64,000 nt of DNA from NCBI GenBank assembly GCA_015492645.1, contig WGER01000068.1, forward strand, positions 23,605 through 87,604, read 5' to 3'. Origin of the DNA: Nitrospirota bacterium (GTDB lineage Bacteria > Nitrospirota > Thermodesulfovibrionia > Thermodesulfovibrionales > JdFR-85). Position numbers and translations under genes: made by a program. Below are positions 54,462 through 64,000 of the stretch, in pieces (within the stretch, counting starts at the first letter, position 1; each line of letters opens with the position of its first letter). The notes under the pieces are model-generated. The model was not told where the DNA came from and ran no database searches. It worked only from the letters and a program-made list of their open reading frames with translations.

Positions 54462-55794
54462 TACTGATGCCGTAGGCCCTTATCTTTCTATGGAGGTTGC
54501 TCCTCTCAATCTGCAGGACCTCTGCAGTCTTGCTTATATTGAAGTTATTCTCCTGGAGTTTTTTTATAATGTAATCCCTTTCAAAGGCCTCCTTCGCCTC
54601 CTTCAGCGTTGGTATTGAGAAGTAGTCCTTTTTGCCGAGTTCGTAAAAGGTGATGTCTTTATCAGTAATGGTATCACCGGGTGTCATTATCACCATCCTC
54701 TCTATAATGTTTTTCAGTTCCCTTACATTTCCAGGCCAGTCGTATTCCTGTAACACCTTCAGGGCCCTTTCAGTGATGCCCTTCTTCGGCCTGCCGTGTT
54801 CACGGGATATCTCTTCCAGGAAGAAGTCCACCAGCATAGGGATGTCCTCCTTTCTCTCCCTCAGAGGAGGAACATGAAGTGGTATCACATTCAGTCTGTA
54901 ATAGAGGTCTTCTCTGAACCTTCCTTCTTTCACCTCCTCCCGGAGGTCTTTATTTGTTGCTGCTATTATCCTCACATCAACCTTGATGTTCTTACTACCA
55001 CCCACCCTCTGGAACTCCTGTGTCTCGATCACCCTGAGGACCTTCGCCTGTGTCTGTAGAGACATGTCACCTACTTCGTCCAGAAAGAGGGTTCCGCTGT
55101 TTGCCAGTTCAAACTTCCCCTTTTTCCTCTCATATGCACCTGTGAAGGAACCCTTCTCGTGGCCAAAGAGTTCACTCTCTATCAACTCCTGGGGTATGGC
55201 AGCACAGTTCACCTCAACAAATGGGCCCTTAGCCCTCGGAGATTTTTCATGGATGAGCCTTGCCACCAGTTCCTTGCCCACTCCACTTTCACCGGTAATC
55301 AGCACCCTGCTTGAACTGAGTGCCACGGCCTCTATCTGTTTCTTGAGGACCTTAATAGGGTCTGATTCACCGACCAGTTGCCACCTGCCCTTGAGGTCCC
55401 TCCTGAGGGCCTGGAACTGTCTCTCTAAGGTCCCCCTCTCCAGTGCCCTCTGGGTGGTGAGCAGGACCCTCTCTAAGGAGAGGGGTTTTTCAAGAAAATC
55501 ATAGGCCCCCAGTTTTGTCGCCTTTACTGCCTGCTCTATAGTGCCATGGCCTGAGATTATAACCACCGGTATATCAGGCCTCTTCGCCTTGATCTCTTCC
55601 AGGACCTCGATACCGTCTCTATCAGGCAGCCAGATGTCAAGAAACACTATATCCGGTGAGTACTCCTCGATGAGGCCCATGGCCTCTCTTGCATCAGGGG
55701 CCTTCAGGACCTCGTAGCCCTCGTCCTCAAGGATATCACCCAGGCTCTTCCTTATACCCTCCTCATCGTCCACTATCAGAACTGTATAGGCCAT
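54454..55794 (-). CDS. ntrX: Sigma-54-dependent response regulator (REC - AAA+ - HTH), NtrX/NtrC-like
   Basis: REC domain VLIVDDEEGIR...DIVFLDIWLPDRDG. AAA+ region [22 protein letters not shown] loop variant GSFTGA, and ESELFGHEKG. There is a C-terminal Fis-type HTH. Confidence 0.88.
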   Translation of the reverse strand: MAYTVLIVDDEEGIRKSLGDILEDEGYEVLKAPDAREAMGLIEEYSPDIVFLDIWLPDRDGIEVLEEIKAKRPDIPVVIISGHGTIEQAVKATKLGAYDFLEKPLSLERVLLTTQRALERGTLERQFQALRRDLKGRWQLVGESDPIKVLKKQIEAVALSSSRVLITGESGVGKELVARLIHEKSPRAKGPFVEVNCAAIPQELIESELFGHEKGSFTGAYERKKGKFELANSGTLFLDEVGDMSLQTQAKVLRVIETQEFQRVGGSKNIKVDVRIIAATNKDLREEVKEGRFREDLYYRLNVIPLHVPPLRERKEDIPMLVDFFLEEISREHGRPKKGITERALKVLQEYDWPGNVRELKNIIERMVIMTPGDTITDKDITFYELGKKDYFSIPTLKEAKEAFERDYIIKKLQENNFNISKTAEVLQIERSNLHRKIRAYGISIK

Positions 55795-57735
55795 TCAGCC
55801 TCCTGTGGGGATATTGATTATAAATCTCGTGCCTTTCGGCTTGTTGTCCATCACTGTAATTGTACCACCATGTCCAGTCACAATTCTATGCACGATGGCA
55901 AGACCCAGCCCCGAACCCTCCTTCTTGGTAGAAAAATACGGGACAAAGAGTTTTTTCTTCGTCTTCTCATCTATCCCGATCCCGGTATCTGCCACTTCTA
56001 CTATAAGAACCCCTGGAGATTCTCCCATCTGTATCCTGATACTTATATCCCCTTCTCCCTTTGTGGCTGCTATTGCGTTGTCTATTAGATTAATAATCGC
56101 CCTTTTGAACTGCTCCCTGTCAAGGTCTACCAGGGGTAATGTGTCGTCCATCTCTACAGATATTGGCCTTTTTAGATGGCTGTAAAGAGAGACCACCTCA
56201 TTAACAATCTCTCTAATGTCCGTAGGTTCCTTTTTTATCTCTGGTATACGACCAAACCTGGAGAAGTCATTCACCAGTCTCTGTAAACCCTCTACCTCCC
56301 TTATGATAGTCTCTGCTGCAGAGACAAGGGCATCGCCGAAGTCTCCATCCTGTTTCCTCCATTTCCTCAGGAGCCTCTCTGTTGAGAGTTTGATAGGGGT
56401 GAGGGGGTTCTTTATCTCATGTGCCATCTGTCTGGTCACCTCCTGCCAGAGCAATGCCTCCTTTGCCTTCAGCAGTTCTGTGATATCATCAAAGACGACG
56501 AGGAGTCCAAGGGATTGGTTGTTCTTGTCTTTCAACTGGGTTATGAACACACGGAGTATAACCGGGGCATCTGCTATCCTCACATTGAACTCCCTCTGAA
56601 TCAACCCCACCTCATCTATCTTTATCCCTTTTATAAACTCCTTCAATTCCTCTGACTGGACGTTCCTTAGCAGCGCCTCATAGGTGTTGTGGATCACATC
56701 CCTCTCTTCAAGTTTGAGTATCCTGAGGGCCGCACTGTTTATTGTTATTATCCTTCCCTGCCTGTCAAAGGATATGACACCTGAGTTTATACCCTCAAGG
56801 ACATTTTCAAGACAGACCCTCCTCCTTTCTGACTCGAGGTAGGCCTCCTCGAGCGACTTCTTGCTCTCTCTTAACTCTTCCACCATCCTGTTGAAGGAAT
56901 TGACCAGGAGTCCGAACTCATCCTCCCTCTTCAGGTCGACCCTGATGTTCAGGTCCCCCTTTGCAACCACCTCTGTGGCATGGGCAAGTCGCTGAACAGG
57001 CTCGGTTATCCATCGTGATATCTTTATCGCAACCCACAGGGCTGTAAAGACCACCAGGAGGGTGAAGAAGGCGAGGGCTATTATATAGTTTATCTTGAGG
57101 GGTAGTTTTACCTGGTAGAGGAGGATATAGTTCTGGTATGCCCTCTTTATCTTTTCGGCCTTTAGGGTTATCTCCTCCGGCAGTACCTGTTCAACCTCTA
57201 TAACCCCAACCACCCTTGATCCTCTCTTTATAGGGACAAAGGCCCTTATAATATCACCATCAGGGGTTGTTATCACCTCTGCACCTTTTTTGCCCTCGAA
57301 GGCCTCCTTCAGTGTCTCTGAGGCATTTTCAGGTAATGCATTTAATCTTCTCACGGTAAACCCCTCTGCCACTGGATATCCCTTTTCTGCCCTTTCTGCC
57401 TCCTTTAAGGTCCTGTCCAACTCCCTTTCATAGAGGTGTCTGCCGAGGTTGAAGGAGAGTTCTATCGGTTCCTTTATGTTGGGAGTGAGGTACCGATCTA
57501 TGTAAGTGGTTATGAGACCACTGGCCACCACAAACAGTAAGACAGACGGTAGCAGAACAATCCCCACAAACAGGGCCACAACCTTTGTCCTGAATTTGTA
57601 TCCCAGGACCCTGTTTCTGCTCTCCATGTAAAGTAAGAAGAGGTTCTTGAAGACAAAGAAGACAAGGGCCATAAAGGCAACAATGACAAAGGCGATAATA
57701 AATAGCAGTATTATGTTCAGAGGTCCTATATTCAT
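55795..57735 (-). CDS. ntrY: Sensor histidine kinase, NtrY-like (multi-TM - HAMP - PAS - HisKA - HATPase_c)
   Basis: HAMP region PVQRLAHATEVVAKGDLNIRVDLKREDEFGLLVNSFNRM. PAS region LEGINSGVISFDRQGRIITINSAA. H-box MAHEIKNPLTPI. Also DNAIAAT, VADTGIGI and GSGLGLAIV. Confidence 0.8.
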   Translation of the reverse strand: MNIGPLNIILLFIIAFVIVAFMALVFFVFKNLFLLYMESRNRVLGYKFRTKVVALFVGIVLLPSVLLFVVASGLITTYIDRYLTPNIKEPIELSFNLGRHLYERELDRTLKEAERAEKGYPVAEGFTVRRLNALPENASETLKEAFEGKKGAEVITTPDGDIIRAFVPIKRGSRVVGVIEVEQVLPEEITLKAEKIKRAYQNYILLYQVKLPLKINYIIALAFFTLLVVFTALWVAIKISRWITEPVQRLAHATEVVAKGDLNIRVDLKREDEFGLLVNSFNRMVEELRESKKSLEEAYLESERRRVCLENVLEGINSGVISFDRQGRIITINSAALRILKLEERDVIHNTYEALLRNVQSEELKEFIKGIKIDEVGLIQREFNVRIADAPVILRVFITQLKDKNNQSLGLLVVFDDITELLKAKEALLWQEVTRQMAHEIKNPLTPIKLSTERLLRKWRKQDGDFGDALVSAAETIIREVEGLQRLVNDFSRFGRIPEIKKEPTDIREIVNEVVSLYSHLKRPISVEMDDTLPLVDLDREQFKRAIINLIDNAIAATKGEGDISIRIQMGESPGVLIVEVADTGIGIDEKTKKKLFVPYFSTKKEGSGLGLAIVHRIVTGHGGTITVMDNKPKGTRFIINIPTGG

Positions 57736-58328
57736 TTCATCACCCTGATCTCATTTTTGTCCCACTTGAAGGGAGGAGAATGAAGTGAGACCCTGAACTC
57801 CCTTGAGGGCAAAAAGATGAGGAGATCAGTGATGATCGAGGGTATCTTCTTAGTCTTTGACTCTGCCGTAACCTTCACAAAGTATATGCCCTCAGGCAAT
57901 CCCTTCAGGTCAGCCACCTTGACCTCCTTGAAGGTGAATGCCCACTTAAGCATGGATTCAAGTCCCTTGAATCTCTTCTCAATGAGGGTGTTACCATCAA
58001 AGGATGTGGCGGTAAACTCCTTTTTCATCGGGTCGACATACAGGACCCTTACCACCTTCAGCCCGGTAATGAACTCATCAGGGAAGATTTCCCACCTCCT
58101 GAAGAGATCGATATAGAAGATTATCTCTTTCTGTCCACCCCTTTTCAGTGTCTCAAGTTCCCCCTGGTTAAGGGAGAAACTGAAGGTTGCATATACCTCA
58201 GTAGAGTTAAAAGAGATATCAAGGTCCTCTACCAGGGCCCCTGTGGCCTTTTGTGAAAGGACAAATATCAACAGGATGGTCAGTACCTTTATCTTCATTC
58301 TGGCAAAGCGTCTTGTCTTCAGATACAT
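57732..58328 (-). CDS. DUF4390-like secreted protein associated with ntrYX
   Basis: Signal-peptide-like MKIKVLTILLIFVLSQKATG. The beta-rich body and its position directly upstream of ntrY (4-nt overlap) match the DUF4390 context. The start is uncertain: ATG 58328, or ATG 58298 (MKIKV...); the track start of 58364 is unlikely. Confidence 0.55.
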   Translation of the reverse strand: MYLKTRRFARMKIKVLTILLIFVLSQKATGALVEDLDISFNSTEVYATFSFSLNQGELETLKRGGQKEIIFYIDLFRRWEIFPDEFITGLKVVRVLYVDPMKKEFTATSFDGNTLIEKRFKGLESMLKWAFTFKEVKVADLKGLPEGIYFVKVTAESKTKKIPSIITDLLIFLPSREFRVSLHSPPFKWDKNEIRVMK

Positions 58329-58535
58329 GTCCTTTGCAGTGTAACTGAACAAGGTTACACACAAATAAAATTCATCGCATGGTTGGCACTGCCCACATTC
58401 TATATAATTGAGACAGTCCCTGCTACATTTTTAGAGATTTGTAATGACAAATCAATCAGGACTATCCAGCCACTTGCCTGAATGGACTATAACATTATAT
58501 CATATTTAACTGTATTAAACTCGTAGGAGGTGGAA

Positions 58536-59018
58536 ATGGAATTTGAGGCCATCAGTTTGGAGATACCAGAGGGGTGCAATATTATCCTCGGCCAGACCCA
58601 CTTCATAAAGACGATCGAGGACCTCTATGAGATCATAGTCACCTCTGTACCGCAGGCAAGGTTTGGTGTTGCCTTCACTGAGGCATCGGGGCCCTGTCTG
58701 GTAAGGAGAGAGGGAAATGATCAGGCACTCATCGATGCCTGTGTGAAGAATCTCCTGAGGATAGGAGCAGGTCACGTCTTCTGTATCCTGCTCAGGGATG
58801 CCTACCCGATTAACATTCTCAACCAGATAAAGAACTGTCAGGAGGTCTGTCGGGTCTTCTGTGCCACTGCCAACCCTGTGGAGGTGGTGGTTGTGAGGAC
58901 AGGACAGGGTGGAGCGGTTATTGGTGTTGTGGATGGATTCGGGCCGAAAGGGGTGGAATCAGAAGAAGACATAAGGCATAGAAAGGAATTCCTCCGGAAG
59001 ATCGGGTATAAACTATGA
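58536..59018 (+). CDS. Adenosine-specific kinase family protein (PF04008-like)
   Basis: [44 protein letters not shown]...[43 protein letters not shown] matches my recollection of this small family. ATG 58536 has AGGAGG 6 nt upstream; the track start is GTG 58530. Confidence 0.6.
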   Translation: MEFEAISLEIPEGCNIILGQTHFIKTIEDLYEIIVTSVPQARFGVAFTEASGPCLVRREGNDQALIDACVKNLLRIGAGHVFCILLRDAYPINILNQIKNCQEVCRVFCATANPVEVVVVRTGQGGAVIGVVDGFGPKGVESEEDIRHRKEFLRKIGYKL

Positions 59019-59389
59019 TACACCTCAGGTATGATGAGAAGGGCCTTATACCAGTTATAGTTCAGGATGTCAACTCTGGTGAGGTCTTAATGATGGCCTA
59101 CATGAACAAAGAGGCACTGGAGAACACTATTAAAACCGGCTATACCCATTTTTATTCAAGGTCGAGGAAGAGGCTCTGGAAGAAGGGTGAGACCTCTGGA
59201 CATCTGCAAGCGGTGAGGCAGATACTGGTTGACTGCGACAGTGACGCCCTTCTTGTAAAGGTAGTCCAGCATGGACCAGGGGCATGCCATACAGGTCACA
59301 GGAGTTGCTTTTACAGGGATATAAACGGTAAAGAGGTCTCTCAAAAGGTCTTTTCAGAAGAGGATGTCTATGGAAGAGACACTAACTGA
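59015..59389 (+). CDS. hisI: Phosphoribosyl-AMP cyclohydrolase (stand-alone)
   Basis: [44 protein letters not shown], and [27 protein letters not shown]. Confidence 0.9.
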   Translation: MIHLRYDEKGLIPVIVQDVNSGEVLMMAYMNKEALENTIKTGYTHFYSRSRKRLWKKGETSGHLQAVRQILVDCDSDALLVKVVQHGPGACHTGHRSCFYRDINGKEVSQKVFSEEDVYGRDTN

Positions 59390-59651
59390 ACTCTATGGAG
59401 TGATCCTGGAAAGAAAGAGGGCAATGCCTGAGGACTCCTATACTGCTTCGCTCCTCAAAAAGGGCAGAGGAGGGATTGTGAAGAAGGTGGCGGAGGAGTG
59501 CATGGAGGTGGTCATTGCTGCCCTTGAGGACAAGAGGGAGCAGGTTGTATATGAGATGGCAGACCTCTGGTATCATCTCCTGGTGCTGATGGCCAATGAA
59601 CAGGTCAGGCCTGAGGATGTCACCAAGGAACTCAGAAGGAGATTCCGATAG
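59364..59651 (+). CDS. hisE: Phosphoribosyl-ATP pyrophosphatase (stand-alone)
   Basis: [25 protein letters not shown]...[14 protein letters not shown]...[13 protein letters not shown] is the MazG-like HisE pattern. It overlaps hisI by 26 nt. Confidence 0.88.
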   Translation: MSMEETLTELYGVILERKRAMPEDSYTASLLKKGRGGIVKKVAEECMEVVIAALEDKREQVVYEMADLWYHLLVLMANEQVRPEDVTKELRRRFR

Positions 59652-59659
59652 GAGGTACT

Positions 59660-60001
59660 ATGGACTGTATATTCTGCAGAATAGCCAGCGGTAGGGCGGA
59701 GGCGAAGGTCCTCTATGAGGATGAACTCGCTGTTGCTTTTGAGGATATAAGGCCACAGGCACCCGTACATGTCTTAGTGATTCCAAAGAAACACATCCCG
59801 AACAACCTTGCCCTCACAGAAGAGGATGCGCCACTGGTGGGCCATCTGTTTCTTGTGGCAAACAGGATAGCAAAGGAGAAGGGGATTGCAGAACGGGGGT
59901 TCAGGCTTGTCACCAACTGTAACAGCGAGGCAGGCCAGACCGTCTTTCACCTGCATCTACATCTGCTGGGTGGGAGATTGATGCACTGGCCACCTGGATA
60001 A
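59660..60001 (+). CDS. HIT-family (histidine triad) nucleotide hydrolase
   Basis: CIFCRIASG... and VFHLHLHLLGG (HxHxHxx). Confidence 0.88.
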   Translation: MDCIFCRIASGRAEAKVLYEDELAVAFEDIRPQAPVHVLVIPKKHIPNNLALTEEDAPLVGHLFLVANRIAKEKGIAERGFRLVTNCNSEAGQTVFHLHLHLLGGRLMHWPPG

Positions 60002-60573
60002 TGTCCAGACCTGAGATACTGAAAAGGGATATCCTCTGGGAGGGGAGGTTCCTCAGAAGCCTGCTTATAACTTATCGTAACTCAAGGGGTGAGACAGTAA
60101 CATGGGAGGCCTACCAGAGGAAGGGTACAGAGGGAATTGTAGCGGTTGTCCCCTTCACCGAGGGGGATGAGGTTGTCCTGATAAAGCAGTTCAGGCCACC
60201 GGTGGGCAGATATGTGGTGGAGTTTCCAGCAGGTCTGAATGACAGGGATGAGCCACTTGAAGAGGTGGCGAGAAGGGAACTCCTGGAGGAGACCGGCTAC
60301 AGTGCAGACAGGTTGTTTCCGATTCTCACAGGCCCTCTGTCTTCTGGTGCCTCCACAGAACTCCTCACGGTCTTTCTGGCAATTGATGCTGTTGATACAG
60401 GAAGCCAGAGGCTGGATGATGTGGAGGAGATAGAGGTGATCAGGATACCTGTAGGGGAATTCTATGACAGGATTATGGACCTCATTGATGAGGAGACCTA
60501 TCTGGACCTGAAGATACCCGGGTTGTTTGAACTTGCAAAGAGGAAGAGGGATGAGATTAAGAAGGCGGGTTAA
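60001..60573 (+). CDS. NUDIX hydrolase (ADP-ribose pyrophosphatase-like)
   Basis: Nudix box GLNDRDEPLEEVARRELLEETGY (GX5EX7REUXEEXGU). Confidence 0.8.
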   Translation: MSRPEILKRDILWEGRFLRSLLITYRNSRGETVTWEAYQRKGTEGIVAVVPFTEGDEVVLIKQFRPPVGRYVVEFPAGLNDRDEPLEEVARRELLEETGYSADRLFPILTGPLSSGASTELLTVFLAIDAVDTGSQRLDDVEEIEVIRIPVGEFYDRIMDLIDEETYLDLKIPGLFELAKRKRDEIKKAG

Positions 60574-62308
60574 TCTCTTGCTGAGTGTGAGCCTTGCGGT
60601 TATTGCCGTGATGGCAGTCACGGATCTGTATATCCTGTTCACCTTCTTTGATCAACTGTCACGGATCCACAACCTTACTGCTCGGGTTATAGAACTGAAT
60701 CTGGTGGATGACCTGATCTCCGAGCATGAGGCGACTCTCAGGGGTTATTTCCTGAACAGAGACCAGAGAAAGAAAGATCTCCTGAGAGATCAGGTCTCGA
60801 AGATGAATAACCTGATCACCTCCCTGTCCCAAGATGGGTTATCTACGGCAGGATATGAGTATCTCTTACAGAGTCAATGGATGAATTATGAGAAGGCCCT
60901 GCAGGAGATGCTTAGCGGAAGGCAGGAGGGGGACACCATGGAGTTACTCACCAAGGTCCGGGAGGTATTACAACTGCTCTGGCATGACATCTCTTCAGAG
61001 TTGAGAATCCTGCAGGAAGGGGTAGGAGAACTCAAGACCTTGCTGGCTCTCGGTCTGTTACTCTCCCTTTTCATTCTGACAGGACTGTTTTTTGTCTTCA
61101 GGAGATCGGTTATGAGGTGGATGGTCGAACCCCTTCTCCAGATCAATCGTGTAGGGACCCTTGTGGCTGGAGGCAACCTCAATGAGAGGCTCTACATGGA
61201 GAGGGAGGATGAGATAGGTGAGATAGCAGAGACGTTGAACCAACTTACAAGGACACTTAAAGAGAAAGTGGATGTGCTGGAGGAGACCGTCAGGAGAGAG
61301 CAGAAGGTTGTGAGGGAACTCACCATACTTAGCGAGTTCATCGGGTATATCTCTGCAGAGATAGAGATGGAGACACTCTATGAGAGGTTTGCAGAGAGGA
61401 CGAGAGATCTCCTCAAGGCAGAACATTGCTTCTTTGTGGTTGTCCACAATGCCGTGCCAAGGGTCTTTGGTACTTATCAGGGTATAGGTCTGGATGAAAT
61501 ATGTCACCTCATCGGGACAGAAGGTATGGAGACGGTCCTCTCAGAGGATTTCTATCGGGTGAACAGAGAGGTGGATACTACCATCAAGGGACTGAGGGTG
61601 AAGAACATCCTCGGCCTTACAGTGACTTCCAGTGTTGGACTGAGAGGATTCATACTCCTCTGCAATAAGGTGGGTGGGTTCACCCAGGAGGACGAAGACT
61701 CTCTCTTCAATTTTGCCTTTCAGGCATTCCATGCCATCTCACTACACTCGGAACTCACCCGTCTTGCCACAACCGATGGCCTGACAGGTCTTTATAACCA
61801 CAGGATGTTTCAGGAGAGGCTCGATGAAGAAATCAAGAGGGCTGAGAGATACAGGAGAAAACTATTTATCCTCATGATTGATATAGACTGGTTCAAGAGG
61901 TTCAATGATACCTATGGCCATCAGGCAGGTGATCAGGTGCTGAAGACCGTTGGCAGAATAATAAAAGAAAACACCCGTAGTATAGATTTTGCCGCAAGGT
62001 ATGGAGGCGAGGAATTCGTTATCATCCTGCCTGACACAGACTGTAAGAATGCCCTTACAGTGGCTGAGAGATTGAGGAAGGCTGTGGAGGATTATGTCCT
62101 GGAACTATCAGACGGCACGAAGGTGAAGGTCACCATAAGTATAGGGATATCCTGCTATCCTGAGGACAGTAAGGACCGGGATGACCTCTTAAAGAAGGCA
62201 GATATCGCGCTTTATGAGGCGAAGAGAAGAGGCAAGAACCGGGTGGTACTCTACCGGGAGATAGAGAGAAGTGAAGGGCTACATCCAGAAGAGGATAAAG
62301 AGGGTTAA
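60551..62308 (+). CDS. Membrane diguanylate cyclase (TM - sensor - TM - HAMP - GAF-like - GGDEF)
   Basis: Active site RYGGEEFVIIL, with an RxxD I-site (RSID) 5 residues upstream. Also DIDWFKRFNDTYGHQAGD and HAMP-like GGNLNERLYMEREDEIGEIAETLNQL. I prefer ATG 60551 (MRLRRRVNLLL); the track start is 60527. Confidence 0.85.
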   Translation: MRLRRRVNLLLSVSLAVIAVMAVTDLYILFTFFDQLSRIHNLTARVIELNLVDDLISEHEATLRGYFLNRDQRKKDLLRDQVSKMNNLITSLSQDGLSTAGYEYLLQSQWMNYEKALQEMLSGRQEGDTMELLTKVREVLQLLWHDISSELRILQEGVGELKTLLALGLLLSLFILTGLFFVFRRSVMRWMVEPLLQINRVGTLVAGGNLNERLYMEREDEIGEIAETLNQLTRTLKEKVDVLEETVRREQKVVRELTILSEFIGYISAEIEMETLYERFAERTRDLLKAEHCFFVVVHNAVPRVFGTYQGIGLDEICHLIGTEGMETVLSEDFYRVNREVDTTIKGLRVKNILGLTVTSSVGLRGFILLCNKVGGFTQEDEDSLFNFAFQAFHAISLHSELTRLATTDGLTGLYNHRMFQERLDEEIKRAERYRRKLFILMIDIDWFKRFNDTYGHQAGDQVLKTVGRIIKENTRSIDFAARYGGEEFVIILPDTDCKNALTVAERLRKAVEDYVLELSDGTKVKVTISIGISCYPEDSKDRDDLLKKADIALYEAKRRGKNRVVLYREIERSEGLHPEEDKEG

Positions 62309-63038
62309 CGGTGAGAGTACCTTAGAACTTGATGACCCTGTGGCAGTGGAGCAGAGGCTCAGGATACTGGTGAATGGGACCCCTGTCCTGAGCCTGCTCT
62401 GCAGTCCTGTCATGGTGAGGGAACTGGTCACGGGTCTTCTTATGACAGAGGGGATAATCAGGGGTGAGTGGTGTGCTGAGAGGATGAGCATTGTCTATTC
62501 TGAGAACGGAGAGATCACAGTGGATGTGCCTGCAGAAGGTGAAGTGGTGCTTGAAGGGGGCACCATTACCTCTGGATGTGTGGGTGGTATCACCTTCGAG
62601 ATACCAGCAGAGGAGGTGCCTGTAGCGGGGGGTCCCTATCTCACCTCTGCAGATCTCGTATCCCTGTTCAGGACATTTCAACAGGCCTCAACCCTATATA
62701 ACCTCACCGGGTGCGTGCATACTGCTGCGGTCTCTGATGGGAGGCATCTGATTGTCCTTGCAGAGGATATAGGCCGGCATAATGCGGTGGACAAGGCAGT
62801 CGGCTACTGTCTCCTTGAAGGGATACCCCTGTCTGATAAGATAATGCTCGTGAGCGGGAGACTCTCCTCCGAGATGGCAAAGAAGTGTTCCCGATGGGGG
62901 ATACCGATGGTGGTGAGCAGGACCGCACCAACCACAAGGGCGATTGAGATAGCAGAGCGGAGGGGAATAACTATGATAGGCTTTATGAGGGGAAAGAGAT
63001 TCAACATATATACCGCACCTGAAAGGATTCTATCTTAG
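62271..63038 (+). CDS. fdhD: Formate dehydrogenase accessory sulfurtransferase
   Basis: [31 protein letters not shown] (active-site Cys loop), [17 protein letters not shown], and [11 protein letters not shown] start; overlaps the GGDEF gene end. Confidence 0.85.
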   Translation: MKGYIQKRIKRVNGESTLELDDPVAVEQRLRILVNGTPVLSLLCSPVMVRELVTGLLMTEGIIRGEWCAERMSIVYSENGEITVDVPAEGEVVLEGGTITSGCVGGITFEIPAEEVPVAGGPYLTSADLVSLFRTFQQASTLYNLTGCVHTAAVSDGRHLIVLAEDIGRHNAVDKAVGYCLLEGIPLSDKIMLVSGRLSSEMAKKCSRWGIPMVVSRTAPTTRAIEIAERRGITMIGFMRGKRFNIYTAPERILS

Positions 63039-64000
63039 TCTTCTGCTTCGCCTATACCATACTTTGCAAGCCTGTGCCGGAAGGACCTGAAGGAGAGGTT
63101 GAGAAGTTTTGCTGCCTCGGTCTTCACCCCTGAGGCTATCTCGAGGGCCTTTTTTAAATAGGTGATCTCAATCTCCTCGAGCAACCTGTCAAGGTCAATC
63201 CCCTTTTCAGTCAGTTCAGGCAGACCTCCAGGGCTGCTGTTCTGTTGCTGGAGTTCTGATGGTAGATCCTCGGGCAGGATGATCTCCCTTTCAGTCAGTA
63301 ATAGTATCCTCTCAATCATATTTTCCAGTTCCCTCACGTTCCCCTTCCACTCGTACTCAAGGAGTCTCTTCATCGCCTCTGGAGAAAACCTCACGTTCTC
63401 AGCCCCGGCCTTTTTCAGGAAGTGCTCAACAAGCAGGGGTATGTCCTCCTTCCTCTCTCTCAGCGGTGGAATCCTTATCGGGATGACATTGAGGCGATAG
63501 TAGAGGTCTTCCCTGAATCTGCCCTTCTGGGTCTCTTCTTTCAGGTCTTTATTTGTGGCTGCTATTATCCTTACATCGACCTTTATGTCAGAGGTGCTCC
63601 CGAGTCTCCGGAAGGTGCCCGTTTCTATCACCCTGAGGAGTTTTGCCTGAAGTTGGAAGGGCATTTCTGCAATCTCGTCCAGGAATATGCTGCCTCCGTC
63701 TGCGATCTCGAAGAGCCCCTCCTTGTTGTGCGTGGCCCCGGTAAATGCCCCCTTCATGTATCCAAACAGTTCGCTCTCGAGAAGGCCCTCTGGCAGGGTG
63801 GCACAGTTAATGGCCACGAACTGCTTTTCAGCACGGGTGCTGAGGTTGTGTATTGCCCTTGCCACCAGTTCCTTTCCAGAGCCGCTTTCTCCTGTAATCA
63901 GCACATTGGAGTTGCTCCTTGCTATCTTTGGTAGTGCCTGCATCAACTCCTGCATCTTCTTGCTTCTGCCAATTATGTCCTCAAGCCTGTAGGTAGTCTT
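63035..64000 (-). CDS. Sigma-54-dependent transcriptional activator (AAA+ and Fis-type HTH visible; N-terminal sensory part lies beyond the right edge)
   Basis: [34 protein letters not shown] (GAFTGA), and [10 protein letters not shown]. The C-terminal HTH reads [21 protein letters not shown]. The reading frame stays open upstream of the track Met ([19 protein letters not shown]...) to base 64000. Confidence 0.85.
   Translation of the reverse strand, partial: KTTYRLEDIIGRSKKMQELMQALPKIARSNSNVLITGESGSGKELVARAIHNLSTRAEKQFVAINCATLPEGLLESELFGYMKGAFTGATHNKEGLFEIADGGSIFLDEIAEMPFQLQAKLLRVIETGTFRRLGSTSDIKVDVRIIAATNKDLKEETQKGRFREDLYYRLNVIPIRIPPLRERKEDIPLLVEHFLKKAGAENVRFSPEAMKRLLEYEWKGNVRELENMIERILLLTEREIILPEDLPSELQQQNSSPGGLPELTEKGIDLDRLLEEIEITYLKKALEIASGVKTEAAKLLNLSFRSFRHRLAKYGIGEAED

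Noticed and set aside
58386-58402. TGGCACTGCCCACATT in the DUF4390 / adenosine-kinase divergent region, as a possible sigma-54 promoter. A weak M4/M1-like fragment (AAATAAAATTCATCGCATGGTTGGCAC) was also noted.
   Set aside because: No GC or TGC lies at the -12 position, and it is oriented toward a gene about 135 nt away that has its own SD. Similarity to the repeat modules is too short (about 20 nt) to count as a confident seventh locus.

Overview
The window is a dense, mostly housekeeping chromosomal segment of a bacterium. I can support about 57 protein-coding genes on both strands, one tRNA, and no rRNA, CRISPR array, transposase or prophage genes. Many genes have overlapping stop and start codons (ATGA or TGATG), which implies long, translationally coupled operons. 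Codon usage favours AGG/AGA for Arg and ATA for Ile at mid-range GC. The gene content includes Ku plus a minimal LigD, NtrYX with DUF4390, an Aquifex-type aconitase and a class II RNR. Together these are compatible with a Nitrospirota-like or similar anaerobe or thermophile, but I cannot establish taxonomy from the sequence alone.

Recognisable genes, left to right:
- CapK-like ligase (partial) and a GT2 glycosyltransferase
- rluB, aspS
- an uncharacterised pair: an HprK/PEPCK-like P-loop protein and a 2Fe-2S/ASKHA RACo-like protein
- yebC, htrA, glmU, glmS, uvrD/pcrA-like, gatC, panD
- an orphan 2-oxoacid:ferredoxin oxidoreductase alpha subunit
- proB, obg
- fused hydantoinase/oxoprolinase, an orphan histidine kinase, mnmA, a ClC channel
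- ligD (ligase domain only) and ku
- nrdJ, pdxJ, acpS, nnr
- an SfsA-DUF123 fusion
- moaC, aroD, roadblock/LC7, a TPR protein
- coaBC, rpoZ, gmk, DUF370/remA, rlmI-like, coaE, mutS
- aconitase, Fe-ADH, tRNA-Gln
- trkA, trkH, a HlyD adaptor, an FeS/DUF3786 protein, an M23 peptidase
- ntrX, ntrY, DUF4390
- PF04008-like adenosine-specific kinase, hisI, hisE, HIT, NUDIX, a GGDEF cyclase, fdhD
- a second sigma-54 activator (partial)

The most unusual signal is non-coding. A modular, hairpin-rich repeat family, which I label M4-M1-M2-M3, recurs in at least six intergenic gaps: about 1.8, 8.1-8.5, 19.6, 29.0-29.5, 44.6 and 48.1-48.35 kb. In three of these copies the cassette ends at a fixed distance from the ATG of an operon-first gene.

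A second pattern concerns six operon-first genes. Each has a -10-like box only 5-9 nt upstream of the ATG and no Shine-Dalgarno sequence, which suggests leaderless mRNAs.

All functional calls rest on motif recognition by eye. No database search was possible.
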